A stretch of DNA of 64,000 nt, taken from Candidatus Marinacidobacterium sp. (GTDB lineage Bacteria > Acidobacteriota > Vicinamibacteria > Marinacidobacterales > Marinacidobacteraceae). Location: assembly GCA_965220965.1 (NCBI GenBank), contig OZ244852.1, positions 1,184,001 to 1,248,000 of the forward strand. Direction: 5' to 3'. The position numbers and the translations under genes are program-made. Numbering within the stretch: the stretch's first letter is position 1; every line of letters starts with the position of its first letter. Of the stretch, positions 55,244 through 64,000 are shown in pieces. The notes under the pieces are model-generated. The model worked only from the letters and a program-made list of their open reading frames with translations. It had not been told where the DNA came from and ran no database searches.

Positions 55244-56092
55244 ATGGCGACCACCGTCACCATGAAGGACCTGCTGGAAGCAGGCCTCCATTTCGGCCAC
55301 GAGACGAAGTGGTGGAACCCGCGCATGCGGCCCTACATCTACGGGTCCCGCAGCGGCATCCACATCGTGGACCTGAACCAGACGCTGCCGATGTTCCGCG
55401 AGGCGCTCCACTTCGTCTCCCGACTGGGCGCGGAGGGCAAGACGGTCCTCTTCGTGGGCACGAAGCGGCAGGCGCAGGAAGTCATCGCCGCCGAGGCCTC
55501 CCGGGTGGAGGCCTTCTACGTGAACCACCGCTGGCTCGGCGGCCTGCTCACGAACTTCCGCACGATCCGCCGCAGCATCGCCCGGTTCCAGGAACTCCGC
55601 GAGCTGACCGAGAACGTCGGGCAGCGGGGCCTCTCGAACAAGGCCTGGTCGCGGCTGGAGAAGCGGCGCCGGCGGATGGAGAAGACCCTCGCCGGCATCG
55701 AGAAGATGGACCGGCTCCCCGACGCGGTCTGCATCGTGGACCCCAAGAACGAGATGATCGCGGTCCAGGAAGCGCGGAAGCTGAAGATCCCGGTCGTGGC
55801 GATCGTGGACACCGACTGCGACCCGGACCTCATCGACTACATCATCCCCGGGAACGACGACGCGCTCCGCGCCATCCGGCTCTTCGCCAACCTGATGGCA
55901 AGCGCCTACCACGATGGCCGCCAGTTGCGAGGGCTGACGCCCTTCGAGACGGAAGACGGGAGCGGAGACGAAGCCACGCCCGCCCCGCCGGAGAACGAGA
56001 CTCCCGGGGCTGCGGCGCCGCCCGCCGCCGCGCCGAGTGCGGAAGCGCCCGAGGCCCCCGCCTCCGCTCCCGCTCCGGAAGCGCCGTCCTGA
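55244..56092 (+). CDS. rpsB: 30S ribosomal protein S2
   Basis: LLEAGLHFGH, WNPRM, RWLGGLLTNF, IPGNDDALRAI. Confidence 0.97.
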   Translation: MATTVTMKDLLEAGLHFGHETKWWNPRMRPYIYGSRSGIHIVDLNQTLPMFREALHFVSRLGAEGKTVLFVGTKRQAQEVIAAEASRVEAFYVNHRWLGGLLTNFRTIRRSIARFQELRELTENVGQRGLSNKAWSRLEKRRRRMEKTLAGIEKMDRLPDAVCIVDPKNEMIAVQEARKLKIPVVAIVDTDCDPDLIDYIIPGNDDALRAIRLFANLMASAYHDGRQLRGLTPFETEDGSGDEATPAPPENETPGAAAPPAAAPSAEAPEAPASAPAPEAPS

Positions 56093-56147
56093 TTCCCGGC
56101 CAGCAGCCGCTGGCCATTCGCCGACTCCCCTGACAGGAGGATCCGAC

Positions 56148-56777
56148 ATGCCCGCCATCCCGGCCCGCGAGGTGAAGCGGCTCCGCGACCAGACCGGAGC
56201 CGGGTTCGCTGACTGCAAGGAGGCGCTCGTCAAGGCGGACGGGGACTTCGACAAGGCGGTTCGCCTGCTCCGGGAGAAAGGCGCGGCCGCCGCGGAGAAG
56301 CGCGCGGGACGCGCGACCTCCGAGGGCCTGATCCACGCCTACATCCACGACCGCCGGATCGGCGTCCTGGTGGAGCTCTCCTGCGAGACCGACTTCGTCG
56401 CCCGGAACGAGCAGTTCCGGAACCTGGCGAACGACCTGGCGATCCACATCGCCTGCAACTACCCCGCCCCCGCCCGCTGGGTGCGCCGGGAGGACGTGCC
56501 CGCCGCGCTGATCGAGGAAGAGTCGGCGCTGATCCGGGCGCAGCTCGCCAAGGATCCGAAGAACCAGAACAAGCCCCCGGCGGTCCTCGACCGCATCGTC
56601 ACCGGGAAGCTGGAGAAGTTCCTCGGCGAGCGGATCCTCCTCGAGCAGCCCTACGCGCTCGACGACACGAAGAAGGCAAAGGTCCAGGACCGGCTGATCG
56701 AGACCGCCCAGGCGACGAAGGAAAACATCCAGATCCGCCGGTTCGTGCGGTTCGAACGGGGCGAAGATCGGGGCTGA
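56148..56777 (+). CDS. tsf: Elongation factor Ts (short form)
   Basis: VKRLRDQTGAG, CETDFVA, IRRFVRFERGE; AGGAGG RBS. Confidence 0.95.
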   Translation: MPAIPAREVKRLRDQTGAGFADCKEALVKADGDFDKAVRLLREKGAAAAEKRAGRATSEGLIHAYIHDRRIGVLVELSCETDFVARNEQFRNLANDLAIHIACNYPAPARWVRREDVPAALIEEESALIRAQLAKDPKNQNKPPAVLDRIVTGKLEKFLGERILLEQPYALDDTKKAKVQDRLIETAQATKENIQIRRFVRFERGEDRG

Positions 56778-56912
56778 CGCCCCTCGCTGGCGGTCCGTCC
56801 CGTAGGATTCGCGCAGGAAACCTCTCCTTCCACCGCCTCCGGACCGGAGGACGGCGCCGCCCGGCGCCGCCGCGCACCCGCTCCGGCGCGTGAAGGAGGG
56901 GCCGCAGGACAC

Positions 56913-57626
56913 ATGACCGGGACCCGACGCGTTCTCCTCAAGCTGTCGGGGCAGGCCCTGCGCGGGCCATCGCCGTCGGGGATCCACGCACCGTCGGTGC
57001 AGGCGATGGCGCGGACGATCGCGGAGATCCACCGGGGGGGGATCCAGGCGGGGTGCGTGATCGGGGGCGGGAACATCTTTCGCGGACTGGAAGCCGAGAC
57101 CCAGGGGATGGACCGGGTCCAGGCCGACTCGATGGGGATGCTCGCGACCCTCATCAACGCGCTGGCGCTCCAGGACGCCCTCGAGAAGCTCGACTGCACG
57201 ACCCGGCTCATGTCGGCGATCACCGTGCGGCAGGTCGCCGAGCCCTTCATCCGCCGCCGGGCGATCCGCCACCTCGAGAACGGCCGGGTCGTGGTGTTCG
57301 CCGCGGGAACCGGCAACCCCTACTTTTCGACCGATACCGCCGCCGCGCTGCGCGCCGCCGAGATCCACGCCGGGATCCTGATCAAGGCGACGCGCGTCTC
57401 GGGGGTCTACACCGGCGACCCGGAGCAGGACCCCGACGCCCGCAAGATCCCCCGGCTGACCTGGCGGGAGGCGATCCGGCGCGAACTCCGCTTTATGGAC
57501 CACACCGCGATCTCGCTCTGCAAGGAGAACCAGTTGCCCATCGTGGTCTGCCACCAGGACGACCTGGTGGCGGCCGCCCGGGGGGAGGACGTGGGCACCC
57601 TGGTCGGCTCGGCGCCGGGCGCCTGA
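56913..57626 (+). CDS. pyrH: Uridylate kinase
   Basis: RVLLKLSG, GGGNIFRG, GTGNPYFSTDTAAALRA. Confidence 0.95.
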   Translation: MTGTRRVLLKLSGQALRGPSPSGIHAPSVQAMARTIAEIHRGGIQAGCVIGGGNIFRGLEAETQGMDRVQADSMGMLATLINALALQDALEKLDCTTRLMSAITVRQVAEPFIRRRAIRHLENGRVVVFAAGTGNPYFSTDTAAALRAAEIHAGILIKATRVSGVYTGDPEQDPDARKIPRLTWREAIRRELRFMDHTAISLCKENQLPIVVCHQDDLVAAARGEDVGTLVGSAPGA

Positions 57627-57637
57627 AGGAGAACCCG

Positions 57638-58195
57638 ATGAACCATCCGATCCTCGACGACCTGAACCGCCGCATGGACAAGACGGTGACCGTGTTCGAG
57701 CAGGAGCTGGCGACGATCCGGACCGGACGCGCCTCGGTCACGCTCCTGGATGCGGTGCGGGTGGAGTACTACGGACAGCTCCTGCCGCTGAACCAGGTGG
57801 CGACGCTGAAGACTCCCGATGCCAGCACGATCCTCGTCCAGCCCTGGGAGCGCAACATGCTCTCCCCGGTGGACCGGGCGATCCGGGCGGCCAACCTGGA
57901 TCTGAACCCGGCGTCCGACGGCGCGGTGCTGCGGATCCCGATCCCGCCGCTCAGCCAGGAGCGGCGGCGTCAGCTCGCGCGCAGCATCGGGAAGATGGCG
58001 GAGGAACACAAGAACGCGCTCCGCCAGGTTCGCCGGGACGCCAACCAGCAGCTCAAGAAGCTGGTGAAGAGCAAGGAGCTCTCGGAGGATCTCGAGCACG
58101 ATCTCGAGGCCGAAGTCCAGAAGGCGACCGACGCCCACGTGAACCGGCTCTCCGAAGTCGCCTCCCGCAAGGAAGCCAGCATCCTCTCCATCTGA
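57638..58195 (+). CDS. frr: Ribosome recycling factor
   Basis: IRTGRAS, YYG..PLNQVA, PPLSQERR, RQVRRDAN; AGGAG RBS. Confidence 0.95.
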   Translation: MNHPILDDLNRRMDKTVTVFEQELATIRTGRASVTLLDAVRVEYYGQLLPLNQVATLKTPDASTILVQPWERNMLSPVDRAIRAANLDLNPASDGAVLRIPIPPLSQERRRQLARSIGKMAEEHKNALRQVRRDANQQLKKLVKSKELSEDLEHDLEAEVQKATDAHVNRLSEVASRKEASILSI

Positions 58196-58239
58196 CCCGC
58201 CACCGGTCCCCTCCCCCACGCTCGCCGCTGGAGGCCGCC

Positions 58240-59421
58240 GTGTCCGAACCGCGCTACTCCTACATCTCGCACCTCGAGTGCTCCCGGACCGGCGAGCGGC
58301 ACGACGCCGGCCAGCCGCACGGCCTCTCCCGCGCCGGCGCCCCGCTCCTCGCCCGCTACGACCTCGAGGCGGCGGCGTCGGTCTTCACGCCGGAAGTGCT
58401 CCGGGACCGGCCCTTCGACCTGTGGCGGTACCACGAGGTCCTGCCCATCCGGCGGGAGCGGCACACGCTCCGGCTGGGCGAAGGGGGGACGCCGCTCACC
58501 CCGGCGTCCCGGCTGGGCGCCGAGCTGGGACTGGACCGGCTCTACGTCAAGGACGAGGGGAGGAACCCCACCGGGAGCTTCAAGGACCGCGGCCTGTGCA
58601 TGGCGGTCTCGGCCGCCTGGCAGTTCGGGGTCGCCGGCGTCGCGCTCCCGTCCGCCGGGAACGCCGGCGGCGCGGCGGCCGCCTACGCCGCCCGCGCCGG
58701 CCTGCCCTGCGTCGTCGCCGTGCCGGAGGACTGTCCGGCGGTGAACCGGGTCGAGGCGGGGGTCTACGGCGCGGAGGTCCACCGGGTGGACGGGCTCATC
58801 TCGGACGCCGGCCGACTCATCGCGGAAATGGCCCCGGAACGCGGGCTCTTCGACGTGGCGACGCTCAAGGAGCCGTTCCGCATCGAGGGCAAGAAGACGA
58901 TGGGGTACGAGCTGTTCGAGCAGCTCGGCCGCCTGCCGGATCTCGTGCTCTATCCCACCGGGGGCGGCACCGGACTCATCGGGATGTGGAAGGCGTTCGC
59001 CGAAATGGAGGCGCTCGGCTGGGTCGGGTCCGAGCGTCCCCGGATGATCGCGGTGCAGGCGGAGGGTTGCGCTCCCATCCCGAAGGCGTTCGCCGAGGGC
59101 GCAACGGAGTCCGAGATGTGGAGCGACGCCGCCACCGTGGCGAGCGGGATGCGGGTGCCCAAGGCGCTCGGCGACTTCCTGATCCTCGCCGCGGTGCGCG
59201 AGAGCGGGGGCGCAGCGATCGCGGTGTCCGATGCCGAACTCATGCGGGACGCCCGCCGCATCGCCTCCACCGAGGGGATCCACGCCGCGCCCGAGGGCGG
59301 AGCGTGCCTCAGCGCGCTGCGCCGGCTGATCGACGCGGGCGAGGTCGCCCCCGACGAGACGGTCGTCCTCTTCAACACCGGGACGGGCGCGAAGTACCTC
59401 GAAGCGTTCGAGAGCGCCTGA
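58240..59421 (+). CDS. thrC: Threonine synthase-like PLP enzyme
   Basis: LGEGGTPL, NPTGSFKDRG (PLP Lys), SAGNAG, EGKKTMGYE, PTGGG. Confidence 0.85.
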   Translation: MSEPRYSYISHLECSRTGERHDAGQPHGLSRAGAPLLARYDLEAAASVFTPEVLRDRPFDLWRYHEVLPIRRERHTLRLGEGGTPLTPASRLGAELGLDRLYVKDEGRNPTGSFKDRGLCMAVSAAWQFGVAGVALPSAGNAGGAAAAYAARAGLPCVVAVPEDCPAVNRVEAGVYGAEVHRVDGLISDAGRLIAEMAPERGLFDVATLKEPFRIEGKKTMGYELFEQLGRLPDLVLYPTGGGTGLIGMWKAFAEMEALGWVGSERPRMIAVQAEGCAPIPKAFAEGATESEMWSDAATVASGMRVPKALGDFLILAAVRESGGAAIAVSDAELMRDARRIASTEGIHAAPEGGACLSALRRLIDAGEVAPDETVVLFNTGTGAKYLEAFESA

Positions 59422-59481
59422 CCGACCCGGCGGCTCATCCGCGTCGGAGGGTCCGACGCGGAGGGCCGCCGCTCTTCGGAG

Positions 59482-61638
59482 CTACTGCTGGTCGTCGGTG
59501 GGCGTCTCAGCGGCCGGGTCGCCGAGGCGCACCGCCCACAGACCCGAGTTCCGGTCCGAGAAGAAGATCGTCCCCTTGTGCGGCTGCGCGCCCCAGACCT
59601 GGGGAGCGTTCGGGAGGAACCCGTCGGGATCGAGCGGCAGGAAGCGCGCGATCTCCCGCCCCTGGCGGTAGAGGTTACCGAGCAGCTCGCCCGAGACGTC
59701 CACGACCCTGAGGCCGCCGTTGTAGAACGCCACGTACATCACGTCGTCCTCGATCCAGATGTTGTGGCTCCCGGCCTCGGGCACCTCGTAGCGGCCCACC
59801 AGCCGGGGCTCCTGCTCGAAGTTCTCGTCCCACTCGAGGATGTGGATCCAGCCGCGCCAGCGCGTCGGCTCGTTGTCGTAGCCCGGCGTGCCGGTCCCGA
59901 CCTCGGACATCGGGCTGTAGCGCCCGGTGCGCGCCGCCTCGTCCCCGGCGAAGATGTAGAACTTGCCGGTGGAGACGCTGCGGTAGGGATAGACCGCGTG
60001 GTTCCAGCCGGTGGGGAACGGGAACTGGCCGATGAGCTGCGGGCTCTGGGGCGTGCCCCCCTTCCCGGCCCCGCCGACGTCGATCACCGCGACCCCGTCG
60101 CTCCAGTTCGCCGAGTAGGCGATCCCCTCCACGACCCACACGTCGTGGATCGAGCGCGCCGGGTTGTCGAGCGCGAAGCTGCCGACCCGGTGCGGAGTCG
60201 ACGGATCCTCGATGTTGACGATGTCGAAGCGCTGGCCGCCAGAGAGCGCGTAGATGTGCCCGTCGTGGATGAAAGTGTTGTGGACCCCGCCGGTGAGCTG
60301 GTCGTCGTACTCGGCCAGCCTGGTGACGCCGGTCGACGGGTCGGAGACATCCAGGATCACGAGGCCGTTCCGGCGGTTCGAGGCGCCCTCGCGGGAGATC
60401 ACCGCGGTCGCGCCGTCCTCGCTGATCTTCACGTCGTTCACCGTGCGGGCGTCGACGTGCACGACATCCACGATCTCGAGGCTCTCCGGGTCGGTCACGT
60501 CCCAGATGTAGGCGTGCCCGGCGGCGCTGTGGGTCCCGGTGATGGCGTAGTCCCGACCGTTGGGCGCCTCCCAGACCCACAGATCCGAGGTCGCGCGGTC
60601 CTTCACCCGGCCGTGGCCCACGAGTTCGATGGGACGCTGCGCGCCCCGGTCGGTGACGCTGACGATCGTGGAGGCGGAGACGCCCCCGGTGTGGGCGACG
60701 AGGGTGTAGAGCCCGGGCAGATCCGCCACGAAGCGCCCGTCCGCGGTGACCAGCCCGGAGGACGGTCCCCCAACCCCCATGGCGTCGGTGAGCGCCGAGA
60801 AGCTGTAGCCGATGTGGATGTCCTCGAGCGGGTTGCCGGAGGCGTCGGTGAGGTTCGCGTTGAGGTGGACCACGTCACCGGTGCGGGCGGCCGCCCGGTC
60901 CGCAGTGAGGGTCATCCGGGCCACCGGGTTCTCGGCGACCTCGAGTTCCATCGAGGCGGTCGCTCCCCCCGAGGTCGCGGTGAGGGTCACGCTCCCCGGC
61001 GCGCCGAGGCGGAGCACACCCCGCGTCCTCGACCGCTCCACGGTGGCCGGGCGGGCGACCGGGGCCGCAACCGAGGCGTCCGAGGTGCTCCACTCGACGG
61101 CGGCGCCCTCGACCAGCTCGCCGCCGGCGTCGAGCGGCGCCGCATCCACGGTCGTTTCGGTTCCCGAGAACAGCGGGCCGGACATCGCGACCTGGAGCTC
61201 CGCGACCGGACGGGGGGCGATCGTCAGCGGCACGCGCTGCTGGATGAAGCCCTCGCCCTCCGGATCGCGGTCGCCGCTCTCCACCCGGGCGCCCACGACC
61301 CGCACCATGACCCCGAACTCGCCGGGCCGGCGGGTGGAGACCTCGCCCTCGCGGGAGACCTTGAACAGGTTGAACCCCCAGGTTCGGCGCTCGATGTCCC
61401 AGAACTGGCCGTAGAGCGGCAGGTAGAGAACCTGGGCGTCCTCGATCTCGACGCCGTCCGCGTCGAGCACGCGGGCCTCGAGCTGCGCCGCCTCGCCGGC
61501 GACCAGGTGGAGCTCGGCGGGCGTCACCTCGATCGAGGCGGGCTGGCGGGCCTCTTCGCCGCCGGCGGCTTCCTGGCCGGCGACCGGCGCGGCGGCGAGC
61601 AGCCCCGCGAAGAGCAGACGGAGAGTCGGGCGCTTCAT
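59482..61638 (-). CDS. Secreted LVIVD-repeat beta-propeller protein with N-terminal Ig-like domains
   Basis: Signal peptide, Big_2-like segments, repeated ILDVSDP/VIDV/RVVDVS with HN/HD motifs. Confidence 0.8.
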   Translation of the reverse strand: MKRPTLRLLFAGLLAAAPVAGQEAAGGEEARQPASIEVTPAELHLVAGEAAQLEARVLDADGVEIEDAQVLYLPLYGQFWDIERRTWGFNLFKVSREGEVSTRRPGEFGVMVRVVGARVESGDRDPEGEGFIQQRVPLTIAPRPVAELQVAMSGPLFSGTETTVDAAPLDAGGELVEGAAVEWSTSDASVAAPVARPATVERSRTRGVLRLGAPGSVTLTATSGGATASMELEVAENPVARMTLTADRAAARTGDVVHLNANLTDASGNPLEDIHIGYSFSALTDAMGVGGPSSGLVTADGRFVADLPGLYTLVAHTGGVSASTIVSVTDRGAQRPIELVGHGRVKDRATSDLWVWEAPNGRDYAITGTHSAAGHAYIWDVTDPESLEIVDVVHVDARTVNDVKISEDGATAVISREGASNRRNGLVILDVSDPSTGVTRLAEYDDQLTGGVHNTFIHDGHIYALSGGQRFDIVNIEDPSTPHRVGSFALDNPARSIHDVWVVEGIAYSANWSDGVAVIDVGGAGKGGTPQSPQLIGQFPFPTGWNHAVYPYRSVSTGKFYIFAGDEAARTGRYSPMSEVGTGTPGYDNEPTRWRGWIHILEWDENFEQEPRLVGRYEVPEAGSHNIWIEDDVMYVAFYNGGLRVVDVSGELLGNLYRQGREIARFLPLDPDGFLPNAPQVWGAQPHKGTIFFSDRNSGLWAVRLGDPAAETPTDDQQ

Positions 61639-63584
61639 TACCAGGCCACCCCGTAGTCCTCGCCGTGCTGGCTGGAGCCGCCCCAGAGGGTGCCGTGCTC
61701 GCGATCGAACCAGATGGCGTTGATCGGGCCGGAGGTCCGGGGAGCGAAGCGCAGGTCGTACCCCATGCCGGTCAGCTCCTCGCGGATCCAGTCGGGCACC
61801 CGGTCGTTCAGCAGCAGGCTGCCGGGCTCGGACTCGTGGGCTCCGAAGGAACTGCGCATCTGGTAGCTGTTGAAGTTGGCGGCCTCGGCGGCCTCCTGGA
61901 CGTTCATGCCGAACTCGACCACGTTCAGGAAGAACTGCAGGAGGTTCTGGTCCTGGCCGTCGCCTCCCTGGACCGCGAAGGACAGGAACGGCTCCCCGTC
62001 CCGCAGCGCCAGGCTCGGTGTGAGCGTCGCGCGTGGGCGCTTCCCCGGTTCGAGGACGTTGTAGGGGTTCTTCGCCGGGTCGAGCACGAAGCTCTGCATC
62101 CGCTGGCTGAGCCCGATGCCGGTCTCGCCGGCGAGCACCGCCGGGAGCCAGCCTCCGCTGGGGGTCACCGAGACGACCCAGCCGGAAGCGTCCGCCGCCT
62201 GGATCGACGTGGTCCCGGCGACGAAGCCGTCGAGGAACTCCTGGCGCTCCTCCTCGGTGGTCGGCTGCCCCGAGGTTCCGCCGAAGTTCTCGAGGTAGTG
62301 GGCGAACGGGTTCTCCCCGCCCTGGAACGGATACGGGTCGCCGGGTCCGATGTTCGGGTCGTTGCGATCCGGCCGGATCAGCTTCGCCCGCTCCCGCGCG
62401 TAGTCCTTCGAGAGAAGTCCGCGGATCGGCTCCTCCGGCGGGAAGTAGGGGTCCCCGTAATAGAAGTCGCGGTCGGCGAAGGCGAGGTTCATCGCCTGGT
62501 AGATCGTGTGGATGTACCGCGTGCTGTTGTAGCCCATCCCCTTGAGGTCGAAGTCCTCGATGAGGTTCAGCGCCTGGAGCAGCACCGGGCCCTGGACCCA
62601 GTGGGTCAGCTTGTAGACCTCGATGCCCTTGTAGTTCGTGGAGACCGGCTCCTCGATCTCGACTCTCCAGTTGGCGAGGTCATCCGTCGTGATGAGGCCG
62701 CCCTGTTCCTGGGTTCCCCGGGCGATCTCCTCGGCGATGTCGCCCTTGTAGAAGCGGTCGTAGGCGGCGTAGATGGCGCCCTTGCGGTCCTGGCCGGCGG
62801 CGAGCGCCTCGGCCTCCGCATCGACCAGCTTCTGGAGCGTGGCGTGGAGCTCGGGCTGGCGGAAGACCTCACCCGGAAGCGGCCCGCCGGCGTCGAACTC
62901 CCGGGTGGACGCATCCTCGCGGTCCCAGTAGTTCCCGGTCTCGTCCTGCGGGCCGGACTCGGCCGAACGCTCGTCGCGGTGCGGGAGCAGGGTCCGGCGC
63001 GACCAGGGCCACTCGGCGATCCGGTCGGCGCCGCGCTGGATCGAGCGGGCGGTCGCCGCCTCGATGGGGTATCCCTCCGCCATCATCATCGCCGGCGCGA
63101 GGACCTCGGCGAGGCTCATCGTCCCGTATTCGGCGAGCATCGTCATGAGGCCGCCGGGAGTCCCGGGCGTCACCGCGGCGAGGGGTCCGACCGCGGGCGG
63201 ATAGTCCATCCCCTGCTCCCGGAAGAACTCGGGCGTGGCCCCGGTGGGCGCGACGCCGAGCGCGTTGATCCCGATGACCTTCTTCTGCTCGGGGTGCCAG
63301 ATCAGCGCCTGGGTCTCGCCTCCCCAGCTCAGCACGTCGAACATGGTCGCCGTCGCCCCCAGCATGGCGCAGGCGGCGTCGACCGCGTTGCCGCCCTGCT
63401 GGAAGATCATGGCGCCGGCGGTTGCGCCCAGCGGCTTGCCGGTGATCGCCATCCAGTGCCGTCCGTGGAGGACGGGCTTCTGGGGCCGGGCGAGACCCGA
63501 CGCGGCGATCGCCGAGGCGATCAGAAGGACAGTGGCGAACGCCGCTCGGCGTCCGGAACGGGATGGCTTGGGGAGAGTCCTCAT
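61638..63584 (-). CDS. Gamma-glutamyltransferase family protein (secreted)
   Basis: GGNAVDAA, FYKGDIA, AFADR..YGDP, TTS nucleophile, PGKRP, GGDGQDQ. Start uncertain (63584 or 63620). Confidence 0.92.
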   Translation of the reverse strand: MRTLPKPSRSGRRAAFATVLLIASAIAASGLARPQKPVLHGRHWMAITGKPLGATAGAMIFQQGGNAVDAACAMLGATATMFDVLSWGGETQALIWHPEQKKVIGINALGVAPTGATPEFFREQGMDYPPAVGPLAAVTPGTPGGLMTMLAEYGTMSLAEVLAPAMMMAEGYPIEAATARSIQRGADRIAEWPWSRRTLLPHRDERSAESGPQDETGNYWDREDASTREFDAGGPLPGEVFRQPELHATLQKLVDAEAEALAAGQDRKGAIYAAYDRFYKGDIAEEIARGTQEQGGLITTDDLANWRVEIEEPVSTNYKGIEVYKLTHWVQGPVLLQALNLIEDFDLKGMGYNSTRYIHTIYQAMNLAFADRDFYYGDPYFPPEEPIRGLLSKDYARERAKLIRPDRNDPNIGPGDPYPFQGGENPFAHYLENFGGTSGQPTTEEERQEFLDGFVAGTTSIQAADASGWVVSVTPSGGWLPAVLAGETGIGLSQRMQSFVLDPAKNPYNVLEPGKRPRATLTPSLALRDGEPFLSFAVQGGDGQDQNLLQFFLNVVEFGMNVQEAAEAANFNSYQMRSSFGAHESEPGSLLLNDRVPDWIREELTGMGYDLRFAPRTSGPINAIWFDREHGTLWGGSSQHGEDYGVAW

Positions 63585-63654
63585 GGTGCGGATTGTGGTC
63601 GCCCGGAGGCGGATCCGCAAAGGGGACTCTCCCCGTCAGGACGGGGCCCGCCGT

Positions 63655-64000
63655 TTACTCCCTCGAGGAAGCGTCGGTCGTCGTGAGGTCGCCCTCCACC
63701 GTGAACCGCTCGAACCAGTTGCGAAGCAGGAGCTGGACGCGGAGGAAGTTCGTGGGGGGAAGACTCCGGCTGTGCCAGCCATCGGTGAGCCGCACCATCG
63801 CGGTCGGGATCTTCCGCATCTTCAGCGCCATGTAGTACTGCTCGGTCTGCTCCATGGGCGTGCGGAGATCCCGCTCCCCGGTCATCAGCATCGTCGGCGT
63901 CGTCACTTTGCCGACGTACATCAGCGTGGAGCGCCGCAGGTGCTCCTCCGGGTCCTCCCACGGGAGCTTCTCGAAGTTGCGGTACCAGCTCGCCCCGTCG
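63655..64000 (-). CDS. S9 family (prolyl oligopeptidase-like) peptidase, C-terminal part
   Basis: VTTPTMLMTGERDLRTP (catalytic Asp) and GWH (catalytic His); truncated by the window end. Confidence 0.88.
   Translation of the reverse strand, partial: DGASWYRNFEKLPWEDPEEHLRRSTLMYVGKVTTPTMLMTGERDLRTPMEQTEQYYMALKMRKIPTAMVRLTDGWHSRSLPPTNFLRVQLLLRNWFERFTVEGDLTTTDASSRE

Overview
A very GC-rich bacterial chromosomal segment. The gene content is compatible with an Acidobacteriota-like, possibly host-associated organism (inference only). (1) 0-19 kb: metabolic and housekeeping genes. Three redox genes are split in the ORF track by an in-frame TGA at the catalytic Cys position, each followed by a SECIS-like hairpin, so they are probable selenoproteins: a PDO/thioredoxin (UPWC), an exported peroxiredoxin-like protein (UPFC) and an OsmC-like protein. 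(2) At 7100-7127 is a dif-like XerC/XerD site. KOPS-like octamers switch strand across it, and it is abutted by an unexplained array of three ~70-bp hairpin units built from inverted XerC-arm copies. A parA-parB pair lies 3-5 kb away. (3) 19.8-54.0 kb: one 11,402-aa surface protein with 57 near-identical 285-bp FN3 repeats in three blocks, cadherin-like Ig repeats, three Cys-bridged variant modules and a C-terminal autotransporter-like barrel. (4) 54-64 kb: rplM-rpsI-rpsB-tsf-pyrH-frr, a threonine synthase-like gene, an LVIVD protein, a gamma-glutamyltransferase and a partial S9 peptidase. All calls come from reading the sequence; no searches were run.
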